DNA of 64,000 nucleotides from an uncultured Planctomycetota bacterium (GTDB lineage Bacteria; Planctomycetota; Planctomycetia; Gemmatales; HRBIN36): the NCBI GenBank assembly GCA_937944855.1, contig CALFAY010000048.1:29446-93445 (forward strand), in the 5' to 3' direction. The translations under genes were made by a program, and so were the position numbers. The notes beneath the pieces were generated by a model. That model was not told the origin of the DNA, made no database searches, and worked only from the letters and a program-made list of their open reading frames with translations. Positions 51,312 to 60,459 of this stretch are shown piece by piece. The number at the start of each line of letters is the position of its first letter. Positions within the stretch are counted from its first letter, which is position 1.

Positions 51312-52568
51312 ATGGCACCGGCAATCGTCGTTTCCAACTTGTGCAAGACCTATCGGCTCGGCTCGCGCGCTCCCTACGCGACCTTCCGCGAGGCGATCGT
51401 GGAGACGTGCCGCAAGCCGTGGAAATGGTTGCGAGGCGAGTGGAACAGGCAACAGGAACAAATCCAGGCTCTGCGCAACGTCAGCTTCCGGGTGGAGCCG
51501 GGCGAAGTCGTCGGCGTCATCGGCCGCAACGGCGCAGGCAAATCCACGCTGCTGAAGATTCTTTCGCGCATCACCGAACCGACCCACGGCGAGGCGCGCA
51601 TCCACGGCCGGGTTGGCAGTCTGCTCGAAGTGGGCACCGGATTTCATCCGGAGTTGACCGGCCGGGACAATATCTACCTCAACGGAGCGATCCTGGGCAT
51701 GTCTCGCCGAGAGATCTCGGCCAAGTTCGATGCCATCGTCTCTTTCGCGGAGCTGGATCGCTTCCTCGACACCCCCGTGAAGCACTACTCCAGCGGCATG
51801 TACATGCGGCTGGCTTTTGCGGTGGCCGCTCATCTGGACCCCGAAATCCTGGTGGTGGACGAGGTCCTGGCCGTCGGAGACGCCCAGTTCCAGAAGAAGT
51901 GTCTGGGCAAGATGGGTGAAGTGGCCCAGGGCGGACGCACCGTGCTGTTCGTCAGCCACAACATGGGCGCGGTGCAGAAAATCTGCTCCCGTGCCCTCCT
52001 GCTGGAACAAGGCGAACTGGTGATGGACGGCCCCGCCGCCGAGGTGACCACGCATTACCTGAAGGCAGGGCAAATTGAGGGCCAATTTAGCGCCGCACAG
52101 CGACGTGTTCAGCCTCGCAAGGTGGAGATCATCGATGCCTGGATGGAACACGAAGGACATCGCGCAAGCTCCTTTCTTTTCGGTGATCAGCCCTGCGTGC
52201 TAATCGCCCTTGCAGTAAAAGAGCGCTGCCGTTTCAGTGTAGAATTGATTCTTCGGCAGCAAGACGGCCTACCGGTCGCCTTTGCTCCCAGTGGTCTGGC
52301 TAAGGAGTGGGAACTGTCGCCCGACCCAGGGATAATCCGAGTCCGTTGCCGGTTGCCACCACTAACCTTGGCCGCCGGAAGCTATTCAATCGACCTTATC
52401 GCAGCTTTTACTAACCACTCCTTTCTGGATTGTGTCGAGTCCGCACTTGCTTTTCACGTGGAGACTTCCGCCATCGGCGAACGCAGCTGGGCCTTCCGCC
52501 AAAGTCGAGGTCAGGGGTTCCTCTATTGGGACGTGACCTTCTCGCTTGATGTCCAAAGGGCTGACTAG
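51312..52568 (+). CDS. Polysaccharide export ABC ATPase (Wzt/TagH-like) with a C-terminal glycan-binding-type domain
   Basis: Walker A 'GRNGAGKST', signature 'YSSGMYMRLAF', Walker B 'ILVVDEVLAVGD', plus a ~165-aa C-terminal beta-rich extension. Confidence 0.9.
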   Translation: MAPAIVVSNLCKTYRLGSRAPYATFREAIVETCRKPWKWLRGEWNRQQEQIQALRNVSFRVEPGEVVGVIGRNGAGKSTLLKILSRITEPTHGEARIHGRVGSLLEVGTGFHPELTGRDNIYLNGAILGMSRREISAKFDAIVSFAELDRFLDTPVKHYSSGMYMRLAFAVAAHLDPEILVVDEVLAVGDAQFQKKCLGKMGEVAQGGRTVLFVSHNMGAVQKICSRALLLEQGELVMDGPAAEVTTHYLKAGQIEGQFSAAQRRVQPRKVEIIDAWMEHEGHRASSFLFGDQPCVLIALAVKERCRFSVELILRQQDGLPVAFAPSGLAKEWELSPDPGIIRVRCRLPPLTLAAGSYSIDLIAAFTNHSFLDCVESALAFHVETSAIGERSWAFRQSRGQGFLYWDVTFSLDVQRAD

Positions 52569-52569
52569 T

Positions 52570-53721
52570 ATGATCCAAGCAGATTACGTCATTGTTGGTT
52601 CGGGACTAACCGGAGCCGTTATTGCGCGATTGCTGGCAGATGCCGGGCGGGACGTTCTGGTTTTAGAGCGGCGAAGCCACGTGGGAGGCAACGTCCACGA
52701 TCATCTTCATCCCAGCGGAGTTCGCATTCATACCTACGGTCCCCACTACTTCCGGACCTCTTCTGACCGGATTTGGGAATTTGCCACCCGCTTTGCAGAA
52801 TTTTATCGGTATGAAGCCCGTGTCCTCACCCAAGTAGATGGCAAACTGGAACACTGGCCTGTGACGGACTCCTACATCCGCAGCGTGGCAGGGCCAAAGT
52901 GGAAGCCGGAGTTCACAGGTAAGCCGACTAACCTTGAAGAGGCAGCTCTCGCCCTTATGCCGCGAATCGTCTATGAAAAATTTGTTAAAGAATACAATGA
53001 AAAGCAGTGGGGAAAACCGGCCCGTGCCTTGTCTGCCGACTTGTGCAAGCGCTTTGACATTAGAACTACGGACGACCCACGCTTAAAGCCCGATTCCCGC
53101 TACCAAGGCATTCCCACCCATGGCTATGCCAACTGGATGTCTGCGATGCTCCAAGGTATAAGCGTGATCCGAAACTATGATTATCTATTGCACCGAAAGG
53201 AAGTACATGCCCGGTCCTGGCTCATCTACACCGGGCCAATTGACGAGTTTTTTTCGTTCGACATGGGACGTCTCGCTTATCGCGGGCAGCAGCGCTACCA
53301 CAATTATTACCCGGATCGCGGTTTTGTCCAAGCCGTTGGCCAGGTCAACAATCCGCAGCATGCCGGCGGACCTCACATCCGCACCCTCGAATGGAAGCAC
53401 ATGATGCCGCCACAATCCAGAAGCACGGTTCGGGGCACAGTACTGACTCGGGAAGTGCCTTGCACGCCAATAGATCCAGGAGCTTACGAGTATCCCTTTC
53501 CGGACAATTTCAACCAGCAACTATATTCCGCGTACCGAGCAAGAGCTGATTGGCTTGAGCGCGTGCTAATCTGCGGCCGTCTTGGTGAGTATCGGTATTA
53601 CGATATGGACCAAGCCATTGCCCGTGCTATGGCTCTGGCGGCCCGACTCCTGAAAGCATCTCCTAAAAGGACAAGGACCCCTGAGCAGTTACAAGCCTTG
53701 AAGATCAGCATGACCTTTTGA
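52570..53721 (+). CDS. glf: UDP-galactopyranose mutase
   Basis: 'DYVIVGSGLTGAVIARLLADAGRDVLVLERRSHVGGNVHD' (FAD fold), 'HTYGPHYFRT', 'RTLEWKH' and 'GRLGEYRYYDMDQAI' are Glf signatures. Confidence 0.9.
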   Translation: MIQADYVIVGSGLTGAVIARLLADAGRDVLVLERRSHVGGNVHDHLHPSGVRIHTYGPHYFRTSSDRIWEFATRFAEFYRYEARVLTQVDGKLEHWPVTDSYIRSVAGPKWKPEFTGKPTNLEEAALALMPRIVYEKFVKEYNEKQWGKPARALSADLCKRFDIRTTDDPRLKPDSRYQGIPTHGYANWMSAMLQGISVIRNYDYLLHRKEVHARSWLIYTGPIDEFFSFDMGRLAYRGQQRYHNYYPDRGFVQAVGQVNNPQHAGGPHIRTLEWKHMMPPQSRSTVRGTVLTREVPCTPIDPGAYEYPFPDNFNQQLYSAYRARADWLERVLICGRLGEYRYYDMDQAIARAMALAARLLKASPKRTRTPEQLQALKISMTF

Positions 53722-53742
53722 ACTTTCGCGAACACACAGACC

Positions 53743-54687
53743 ATGACGCCATCTATTTCTGTAGTCATCCCCTGCTATAACGCTGCCAAGTATCTCGGGG
53801 AAGCCGTCGACTCGGTTCTCCGACAGACCTGTCAGCCGCTAGAAATTCTAGTCATTGACGACGGCTCGACTGACGGCTCTGGCACACTCGCTGAATCCTA
53901 CGGTCCTCCCGTCCGAGTCATCCGACAAGCCAACCAAGGTCAATCTGCGGCTCGTAATCGAGGAATCTGCGAAGCGCGCGGCGAGTGGCTTGCCCTGCTC
54001 GATGCCGACGACCTCTGGGAACCAGAAAAGCTCCGACTCCAGCTAGACGCCCTGAAGCATGCAGGTTCAGAATTAGGCTGTGTATACAGCCATTACTATG
54101 TCCTGCAAGACGGCAAGCGTCGAGATCTACCCCAGCCCCAGCCATACGATTTGACCGATCGCTCCTTTGTTTCCATGCTTACTCATCCCTTCATTCACCC
54201 CAGCTCCGCCATAGTTCGGACCGATCTCGCTCGACGACATCCTTTCGACGTTCGTTACAAACAACACGAGGACATTCTCTTCTTCGTTCGTCTCCGGGCC
54301 CATAGCATGTTCCACTGTGTGCCAACCCCCTTAGTTGCTTATCGATTACCCAGGCCCGGCGCGGGACAAAACCTGACCGCTTCTCATCTGTACTGGATCG
54401 AAGGGGCCTGGACGCGCTATTGCTTTGCCAAAGAACACCCCAACCTCTTTTCCGAGAGCGACATTCATTATGTACGGCAGCTCATGCTGGAGGTGCTCGT
54501 CAGTCGACATGACTCCTGCTATATGGCTGGTGACTTCTCGGCATGCCAGCGAGCATACGAACTGGCCGTAAAAATCGCGGGAACACACTTCCAAGTCCCC
54601 ACCCGAATGCGCCGCCCGCGTTGGCTAGCAGGATATTATCGCCTGCGTCGAAGAATCGGCGCCTTGATTCGAGGCATTGCATTATGA
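53743..54687 (+). CDS. Glycosyltransferase family 2
   Basis: 'ISVVIPCYNAAKYLGEAVDSVLRQT...ILVIDDGSTDGS' and 'LDADDLWEPEKL' (DxD). Confidence 0.85.
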   Translation: MTPSISVVIPCYNAAKYLGEAVDSVLRQTCQPLEILVIDDGSTDGSGTLAESYGPPVRVIRQANQGQSAARNRGICEARGEWLALLDADDLWEPEKLRLQLDALKHAGSELGCVYSHYYVLQDGKRRDLPQPQPYDLTDRSFVSMLTHPFIHPSSAIVRTDLARRHPFDVRYKQHEDILFFVRLRAHSMFHCVPTPLVAYRLPRPGAGQNLTASHLYWIEGAWTRYCFAKEHPNLFSESDIHYVRQLMLEVLVSRHDSCYMAGDFSACQRAYELAVKIAGTHFQVPTRMRRPRWLAGYYRLRRRIGALIRGIAL

Positions 54688-54836
54688 GGGTAAATGATCT
54701 TGCGAGTATGCGTTGGTTGCTAATGCTGCCCCCGCATGCGTATCTGACCAGGAAACGCACTGACAGTTCATGACACCAATCTTAATGCATGTGGAGCAAA
54801 AGCATCTTCTTGTGTGTTATTAATACAACCCGATTT

Positions 54837-55856
54837 ATGTCTTTAGAACGACCCCTTATTTCAGTAATCATGCCAGTTTATAATGGCGAACGCTTCCTTG
54901 AAGAAGCCATACGAAGCATATTGAGTCAAACCTATGACAACTATGAATTGATCCTCGCCAACGATGGCTCGACCGACGGAAGCACTGCGATCATCCAGTC
55001 TCTTCTCCAGAGTGTTCCGCCTGACAGGATACGTGTTCTCGACATGCCCCACCAGGGACTGGCAGAAACCATGAACTGGGCGATCCGCGAATCGCGTGGA
55101 AAATACATCGCTCGCATGGACCAGGACGACATTTCCTTACCCAAGAGGCTTGAATGCCAGGTCCGATTCCTCGAGAGCCATCCCGACCATGTGATGTGCG
55201 GGAGTTGGGCGGAGGTCTTCACTCCGTCAGGCAAATCCTGGATTGTACATCGAGAATGCAACAATGAGATTCTCCAGGCCTTGTTGTTTGCGCACTGCTG
55301 TTTCGCTCCATGTGTCATGATCCGCAGAGAGATGTTTATTGAAAAGGGTACATGGTACCGCCAGGAATGGTGGCCAGCAGACGACTATGACCTTTACATC
55401 CGGATGGCCGAGCAGGGCAAAGTAGCCAACATTGGCAAGGTGTTATTGAGATATCGCAAGCACACCGATCAGGTCTCATCACAGATCAATTATCGGCCAC
55501 TCATTGATCTTTTGCGTAAACGACAACTTCTAAAGCTGCTCCCTGCATCGACTGAGCAACTATGCCTTCATCTGAGTATTCTATACGGGAGATTTAAGGC
55601 ATGCAGGCACTATGTTGATTGTGCAGGCAAATGGCTAGTTATGCTTTCTGAGGAGAATAGGAGGAAACGAGTCTATCCCGAGAAGTATTTCAACCAACTA
55701 CTTCAGGCGTGGTGGTACGGTGTCTGCCGTCATGCGCTTCGACAACGACAGATAGCCTACAAAACCTATTTTAACCTTCCTGGTGCCCTGCTTCGTCCCG
55801 AGTACGGCGCCAAGCTGCTTTATCATGCTTATTGTGCCCGGGACCCAGTAGCCTGA
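54837..55856 (+). CDS. Glycosyltransferase family 2
   Basis: 'ISVIMPVYNGERFLEEAIRSILSQTY...LILANDGSTDGS' and 'ARMDQDDISLPKRL'. ATG 54837 preferred. Markedly lower G+C than the flanks. Confidence 0.85.
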   Translation: MSLERPLISVIMPVYNGERFLEEAIRSILSQTYDNYELILANDGSTDGSTAIIQSLLQSVPPDRIRVLDMPHQGLAETMNWAIRESRGKYIARMDQDDISLPKRLECQVRFLESHPDHVMCGSWAEVFTPSGKSWIVHRECNNEILQALLFAHCCFAPCVMIRREMFIEKGTWYRQEWWPADDYDLYIRMAEQGKVANIGKVLLRYRKHTDQVSSQINYRPLIDLLRKRQLLKLLPASTEQLCLHLSILYGRFKACRHYVDCAGKWLVMLSEENRRKRVYPEKYFNQLLQAWWYGVCRHALRQRQIAYKTYFNLPGALLRPEYGAKLLYHAYCARDPVA

Positions 55857-55878
55857 GGCGTCAGGTGACGTTGCCCTG

Positions 55879-56961
55879 ATGCTGGTGACCCATCTCGTGC
55901 CAGCTTTGTTTGATGCCCACACGGGAATCCTCGGTGGAGCTGAACGATATGCCCTGGAGTTGGCTCGGCATATGGCCGACGTTGTACCAACGCGGCTGCT
56001 CACCTTCGGTCCAGTCGACCGCCTGGAGCAGCGTGGCCACCTGACTATCCGCGTCGTTGGTCGGCCGTGGTACGTCCGTGGACAGCGAACGAATCCATTC
56101 AGCTTCCGAATAACTGATGATATTAAGACAGCCCATGTCATCCATTGTCATCAACGCTATGTGCTCGCCAGCAGTTTTGCTGCCGTCCTGGGACGGCTCT
56201 TGCGGAAACGGGTTTTCGTCAGCGATCTTGGGGGACGGGGCTGGGACATTTCCAGCTATTGTTCCACGGACCGCTGGTTTCATGGGCATCTGCACATAAG
56301 CGAATACAGTCGCAAGGTGTTCGGTCAGGACAGGTGCTCCAGAGCGCGGGTGATTTATGGCGGTGTCGATGCCAACCGCTTCCGGCCGGAGCCAAGCTTG
56401 GCTAAGGAAGACTGCGTGCTTTTCGTCGGTCGGTTGCTTCCTCATAAGGGAGTTGATTATCTGATCGAGGCTGTCCCTCCCGATATGCGTCTTGAAGTGA
56501 TCGGCCAGCCTTATGATCAGAACTACTATGGATTGCTTAAGCAGTTAGCTGAGAATAAACAAGTTGTTTTTTGGCATGACTGCGACGACACGGAATTAAT
56601 ACGATCGTATCAAAAGGCGATGTGCATCGTGTTGCCAAGCGTTTACAAGTCGGTGGATGGGAGAGAAACGCAGATTCCCGAACTGCTGGGGCAGACGCTT
56701 TTGGAAGGCATGGCCTGCGGTCTGCCCGCAATTTGCACAAATGTTGCTAGTATGCCTGAAATTGTTGTCGATGGCGTTACGGGATTTGTGGTTCCGCCCA
56801 ATGATCCGGCAGCCTTGCGGGAGAAGTTGATCTGGCTGCGCGACCACCCCCAGGAGGCCCTCAAAATGGGGGAGGCGGGGCGTCAGCGAGTGCTGGAGCG
56901 CTTCACCTGGCCCGCCGTAGTGCAGCGCTGCCTTGCTGCTTATCGCGAGCTCGCTTCGTGA
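55879..56961 (+). CDS. Glycosyltransferase family 4
   Basis: 'GGAERYALELARHMA' and 'LLGQTLLEGMACGLPAICT'. Confidence 0.85.
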   Translation: MLVTHLVPALFDAHTGILGGAERYALELARHMADVVPTRLLTFGPVDRLEQRGHLTIRVVGRPWYVRGQRTNPFSFRITDDIKTAHVIHCHQRYVLASSFAAVLGRLLRKRVFVSDLGGRGWDISSYCSTDRWFHGHLHISEYSRKVFGQDRCSRARVIYGGVDANRFRPEPSLAKEDCVLFVGRLLPHKGVDYLIEAVPPDMRLEVIGQPYDQNYYGLLKQLAENKQVVFWHDCDDTELIRSYQKAMCIVLPSVYKSVDGRETQIPELLGQTLLEGMACGLPAICTNVASMPEIVVDGVTGFVVPPNDPAALREKLIWLRDHPQEALKMGEAGRQRVLERFTWPAVVQRCLAAYRELAS

Positions 56962-58103
56962 CGTTTTGGCACCTCATCACCGGCGAGTACCCGCCCCACT
57001 GTGGCGGAGTGGGAGACTACACGGCTCAGTTGGCCCGGGCCTTGGCCGGAATGGGAGAGTCTGTGACCGTCTGGTGTCCATCGAGCGGAGGGGCCGTCGA
57101 GGAAGGGCCAGTCCGGGTGCTGCGGGAGTTAGGACGCCTGGGCTGGAGCGACCTCCGGCGAGTGGATAGGTTGCTCGACGGAGAGCCGCAGCCACGCAGG
57201 CTGATGGTGCAATGGGTACCTCATGCCTTCGGTAAACGGGCTGTCAATTGGCCGGTTTGCCGGTGGATCCGCCACCGGGCCAGACAGGGTGACCGCGTCG
57301 AAATCATGATTCACGAGGCGTTTTTGGACTTCAGCGGTAGTTGGAAGAAACGTCTTGCCGCCTTCGTGCAACGGCTCATGTTGCGCGAATTGCTTGCCGA
57401 GGCTAAGGCGGCGTGGGTGTCCACAGCCGCTTGGTTACCGTTGGTGCGTCCGTATGCCCCGCGGGATTTGTCGATCGAATGGCTGCCCGTACCCAGTAAC
57501 ATTCTCGTCTCCCACGATCCAAAGGAAACTAATCATCTCCGCCAAACACTGGCACCGCGCGGCGAACTGATCGTCGGCCACTTCGGCACCTACGGCGGTC
57601 ATACCGTGGAGTTGCTTTGGCCATGCCTGGAGCACTTGTGTCGTAAACGGCCAGACGTGGTTTTACTCTTGCTGGGCTGGCAGAGCGAACTGTTCCGGCA
57701 ACGTCTCATCCAAGAGGGCATCGTCGAGCCGCATCGCATTCACGCTTCGGGACGGTTGGAGGACCGATTGCTTTCCATCCATCTGGGGGTCTGCGACGTG
57801 ATGGTCCAGCCGTATGCGGGCGGCATCTCGACGCGAAACGCCAGCTTAATGGCCTGTCTGGCTCATGGTCGGCCTGTGGTTGCTTCGCGCGGGTGGTTGA
57901 CCGAGCTGCTCTGGGACGAATTGCAGGCCGTGGAACTGACCGAGGAACACGACGTGGTCGGCATGGCCGAGACCGCCTGCCAACTGCTCAGCGACTCGGC
58001 CCGCAGGCAGAAGCTGGGGGAAAAAGCCCAAGCCGTTTACGAAGCTCGGTTCTCCTTGCGACACACAGTGAATCGCCTGTTGGCCGTGCCTACACCAGTG
58101 TGA
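56958..58103 (+). CDS. Glycosyltransferase family 4-like
   Basis: GTGA overlap with the upstream gene. 'GEYPPHCGGVGDYTAQLARALA' is a GT4 N-terminal block. The C-terminal half is more divergent. Confidence 0.7.
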   Translation: MTFWHLITGEYPPHCGGVGDYTAQLARALAGMGESVTVWCPSSGGAVEEGPVRVLRELGRLGWSDLRRVDRLLDGEPQPRRLMVQWVPHAFGKRAVNWPVCRWIRHRARQGDRVEIMIHEAFLDFSGSWKKRLAAFVQRLMLRELLAEAKAAWVSTAAWLPLVRPYAPRDLSIEWLPVPSNILVSHDPKETNHLRQTLAPRGELIVGHFGTYGGHTVELLWPCLEHLCRKRPDVVLLLLGWQSELFRQRLIQEGIVEPHRIHASGRLEDRLLSIHLGVCDVMVQPYAGGISTRNASLMACLAHGRPVVASRGWLTELLWDELQAVELTEEHDVVGMAETACQLLSDSARRQKLGEKAQAVYEARFSLRHTVNRLLAVPTPV

Positions 58104-58107
58104 GCCG

Positions 58108-59319
58108 ATGCGCATTGCCGTCGTCACCAGATATGCTTCCGCCATCGGCGGCGCGCAGGTCTACCTGAGTCGTCTTCTGCCCCGATTGAAACAACGCGGA
58201 CATGAAATCGCCTGCGTCACGGAACTGGAGCGATCTGACCGAGAGGAACCTATCCTACCCCGGTATCTGCAAATCCCCCAATGGTCAGTGGCCCATCGTG
58301 GCTTCCAAGCTGTCATGGATGAACTGCGAAACTGGAAACCCGATGTCGTCCTGCTCCAGGGACCTGGCGAATCGGCGTTTGCCGATCGCGTCGCGGAGAC
58401 TTTTCCGACCGTATTCCGTGCCGAGAACTACTTCGGCACCTGTATCAGCGGAACCAAGACGACATGCTGGCCGACACCGAAACCCTGCTCTCGCATCTTC
58501 GGTCCCGCCTGTCTGCTGCACTATTTTCCCCGGCGATGCGGCGGCTTGAATCCGCTCACCATGTTGCGTCTGTACCTGAGGCAGCGACACAACAACCATG
58601 TGCTTCGTAAATGCCGAGCCATATTGACACTGTCCGAGCACATGCAGCAGGAGTTTCTCCGCCACGGAATCCCAGCCGAGCGGGTGTTTCGCCTGCCGTT
58701 TCCCGTCGCCGAAGCCGTATTGCCTTGTCAGGAACGTCCGCACCGATCCGACGGTGAACCGTTCCGCCTGCTTTTCCTCGGCCGCATGGACCGCCTCAAG
58801 GGCGGCGACCTGCTGCTCCAGGCTGTGCCGCTTGTCGCCAGGCAGTTAAGCCGCCCCATCCATCTAGATTTCGCGGGAGATGGCCCGGAAAGGCTCCGCT
58901 GGGAGGGCCTGGCACAGCAAGTGACAGCTTCCTGTCAAGGCGTCAGCATTCGGTTTCGAGGCTGGATCGGATCCACGGAGCGAGAGGAAGTGTTGCGGCA
59001 AGCTGATCTGCTGGTGGTCCCGAGCGTCTGGCCGGAGCCGTTCGGTCATGTGGGGTTGGAGGCGGCCCAGCACGGAGTCCCAGCCGTCGGCTTCGCCGTA
59101 GGCGGCATTCCCGAATGGCTCCAGGACGGCTTCACGGGTCGGCTTGCTCCGGCAAATCCGCCGACGGTTCAGGGATTGGCGGATGCCATCTACGAGTGTC
59201 TGCATGACGAGGCCCGACTCGCCGACCTGCGCCGCAACACTCGGGAATTCGCCTCTCGATTGTCAATGGATGCACACCTCAAGGCGATCGAAGAGGTGTT
59301 CTGTCGAGTCGCTGGCTGA
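58108..59319 (+). CDS. Glycosyltransferase family 4
   Basis: 'MRIAVVTRYASAIGGAQVYL' and 'WPEPFGHVGLEAAQHGVPAVG'. Confidence 0.85.
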   Translation: MRIAVVTRYASAIGGAQVYLSRLLPRLKQRGHEIACVTELERSDREEPILPRYLQIPQWSVAHRGFQAVMDELRNWKPDVVLLQGPGESAFADRVAETFPTVFRAENYFGTCISGTKTTCWPTPKPCSRIFGPACLLHYFPRRCGGLNPLTMLRLYLRQRHNNHVLRKCRAILTLSEHMQQEFLRHGIPAERVFRLPFPVAEAVLPCQERPHRSDGEPFRLLFLGRMDRLKGGDLLLQAVPLVARQLSRPIHLDFAGDGPERLRWEGLAQQVTASCQGVSIRFRGWIGSTEREEVLRQADLLVVPSVWPEPFGHVGLEAAQHGVPAVGFAVGGIPEWLQDGFTGRLAPANPPTVQGLADAIYECLHDEARLADLRRNTREFASRLSMDAHLKAIEEVFCRVAG

Positions 59320-59330
59320 CGACGGAAGCC

Positions 59331-60410
59331 ATGCCGCTACGCATCGCCTTGGTGATCAATGGCGGACCTGACTCGGCAATGGCGCAACGGGCCGCGGAAC
59401 TGGCTCGCCGCTGGCATGGGTTCGAGCTGCGTGGCTTGCACCGCACCGGCGGAACACTGCGTTCGGTTCCCAAACTGCTGGGCCGGTTGTTGGCATTCCA
59501 TCCACACCTGTGCTGCGTTTTTGATTGCGTGGCCGACAGCGTTCTCGCTGCTGCGTTGGCGAAGACGCTGACCGGCTGTCGGGTCGTTCTCGACACTGGC
59601 GATGCCATCGTCGAACTCGGCAAGGCCCTGGGACGCGGTCCGATCCGGCTGGGTCTGACCCGGCTCTTGGAAGTGCTGGGCTTCCGGATCGCCGATGAGG
59701 TCGTAGTCCGCAGTGAAAACCATCGCAAGCTGCTGCGTAACCACGGCGTGCCGGCCCAATGCGTTCCTGACGGCGTTCGTCTTGCCGATTTCGCATTAGC
59801 AGCCGAGGGATCCGCAAAAACAGTCCCACCTGTAACCCTGGGCGTCGTCGGCTCGTGCATCTGGTCGCCCCGCTGGAAACTGTGTTACGGTTGGGAACTG
59901 GTCGAGACGCTTAGCTTGCTGCCGCGGGAGATGGCGGACGGGGTTTTCATCGGCGATGGGGACGGTCTGCCCTGGCTGAAACAGGAAGCCCAGCGTCTTG
60001 GCGTCGCCGACCGCATCCGCTTCGTCGGGCGGGTTCCGTATTACGAACTGCCCCAGTATCTCGCAGGGATTGACATTGCACTGTCAACGCAGACCAACGA
60101 CCGCGCCGGCCAGGTGCGCACTACCGGCAAACTGCCTTTGTACCTGGCCGCCGGGCGGTTCGTGCTGGCCAGTCGCGTCGGGACCGCGGCTCGCGTTCTG
60201 CCTGAGGAAATGCTTGTGGATTACCAGGGCAGCGTGGACCGGGAGTATCCGTGTCGGCTCGCGGAACGAATCGTCCGCCTCGTCAAAGAGCAGAGGCCGC
60301 TCAGTCCGCGAAGCGAAAGTGTCGAACTGGCCCGACGCTTCTTCGACTACGATCAGCTCGCTCCCCGCTATGCAGAACTCATCCGTGCCTGCCTGCGCAA
60401 ATGCAGCTGA
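59331..60410 (+). CDS. Divergent GT-B-fold glycosyltransferase-like protein
   Basis: 'LRIALVINGG', 'RFVGRVPYYELPQYLAGIDIAL' and '...TTGKLPLYLAAGRFVLAS' resemble GT1/GT4 topology, but the EX7E motif is not evident. Confidence 0.6.
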   Translation: MPLRIALVINGGPDSAMAQRAAELARRWHGFELRGLHRTGGTLRSVPKLLGRLLAFHPHLCCVFDCVADSVLAAALAKTLTGCRVVLDTGDAIVELGKALGRGPIRLGLTRLLEVLGFRIADEVVVRSENHRKLLRNHGVPAQCVPDGVRLADFALAAEGSAKTVPPVTLGVVGSCIWSPRWKLCYGWELVETLSLLPREMADGVFIGDGDGLPWLKQEAQRLGVADRIRFVGRVPYYELPQYLAGIDIALSTQTNDRAGQVRTTGKLPLYLAAGRFVLASRVGTAARVLPEEMLVDYQGSVDREYPCRLAERIVRLVKEQRPLSPRSESVELARRFFDYDQLAPRYAELIRACLRKCS

Positions 60411-60459
60411 CCCGGCCCCGAGATTCGGGGAAAGGGCTTGTGCGAGCGCTCCTTGGCCG

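Noticed and set aside
2820-60459. Extended N-termini given by the ORF track for several genes (starts at 2820, 13873, 18909, 27127, 31285, 37528, 43898, 47600, 50033, 52546, 54789, 59998).
   Set aside because: The extensions overlap upstream genes or encode Arg/Pro/Ser/Cys-rich leaders. Internal ATG/GTG codons coincide with RBS-like sequences, signal peptides, lipoboxes or conserved family N-termini, so shorter models were used.
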